Assembly (NCBI GenBank): GCA_002189035.1
Contig: NEEC01000004.1
Location: forward strand, 2,914,001 to 2,978,000
Source: Utricularia gibba
Taxonomy: Eukaryota > Plantae > Magnoliophyta
Reading direction: 5' to 3'
DNA: 64,000 nt
Position numbers and translations under genes: made by a program. This document shows positions 63,510 to 64,000 of this stretch, one piece after another. Position 1 is the stretch's first letter, and every line of letters starts with the position of its first letter. The notes beneath the pieces were generated by a model that saw only the letters and a program-made list of their open reading frames with translations, searched no databases and was not told the origin of the DNA.

Positions 63510-64000
63510 GTTGATTGTGCTACCATCTTTTGTTTCTTCGAAAACCAGACCACAGGGCTCTTATTCAAGAAGAAAAGTGCACTAGATGTACTCTTGCTAT
63601 CTTGAGCCATACCATAATCACTATCAGAGTAGGCTTTAAGTTTCAAGACTAGTTTTTCACCTTCATAGGGATAGAACAATCCGAAATCAGTAGTAGATTT
63701 TATGTACCTGAAAGCTCTTTTAACAGTTGACATGTGAGTTGTTGTTGGTTTGTTGAGGAAGCAAGATAAGACATTTACACAAGAACACAGGTCAGGCCTT
63801 GTATGCTAGAGATAGATGAGGCTTCCAATCATACTTCTATAACTAGTAGCATCGACATTCCTTCCCTAATTGTTTTCTCCAATCACTTGTTTGTAATCCA
63901 AGGGGGTTTTTGAAGGATTGACATCTTTGAACCCAAACCTTTCAAGAAGTTCATTATAGTACTTCTTCTGAGACATGAATGTTGCAACACCTTCAAGCTG
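63510..64000 (-). mobile_element. copia-A copy 6, RT/RNase H portion (continues beyond window)
   Basis: KRAFRYIKSTTDFGLFYPYEGEKLVLKLKAYSDSDYG..KKQKMVAQST. Confidence 0.9.

Overview
Land-plant nuclear DNA (probably a seed plant; taxon not determinable from this window). The first ~9 kb is a small functional island: a single-coding-exon mTERF4 (BSM/RUG2-type) gene at 4989-6575 and an intact tRNA-Phe(GAA) at 8552-8624. It is flanked by a decayed Ty1/copia element whose 5' LTR sits head-to-head with the mTERF4 5' end and whose primer-binding site matches tRNA-Trp rather than initiator Met. A decayed mitochondrial 18S rRNA fragment (NUMT) lies at ~10.45-10.65 kb. The remaining ~54 kb is a nested LTR-retrotransposon pile. 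One ~5.3-kb Ty1/copia family ('copia-A', Ivana/Ale-like, ~325-bp LTRs, three Gag zinc knuckles) occurs at 8 loci and makes up about one third of the window. All seven copia-A loci whose flanks are visible in the window sit inside Ty3/gypsy relics: an Athila-like element with an extra ORF, CRM-clade chromoviruses carrying the CR motif, and very old Tekay-like pol remnants. Angela-type copia LTRs are also abundant. Several boundaries are fixed by TG..CA termini and 5-bp target-site duplications. I found no evidence of a wholly new biological system. The best leads are a possibly centromere-targeting copia family, LTR-supplied promoter elements for an essential plastid-biogenesis gene, a Trp-primed copia, and a 153-bp CRM mini-LTR nested reciprocally (CRM in copia in CRM). 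Identities were estimated by eye, and family/clade names come from recalled motifs, not database searches.
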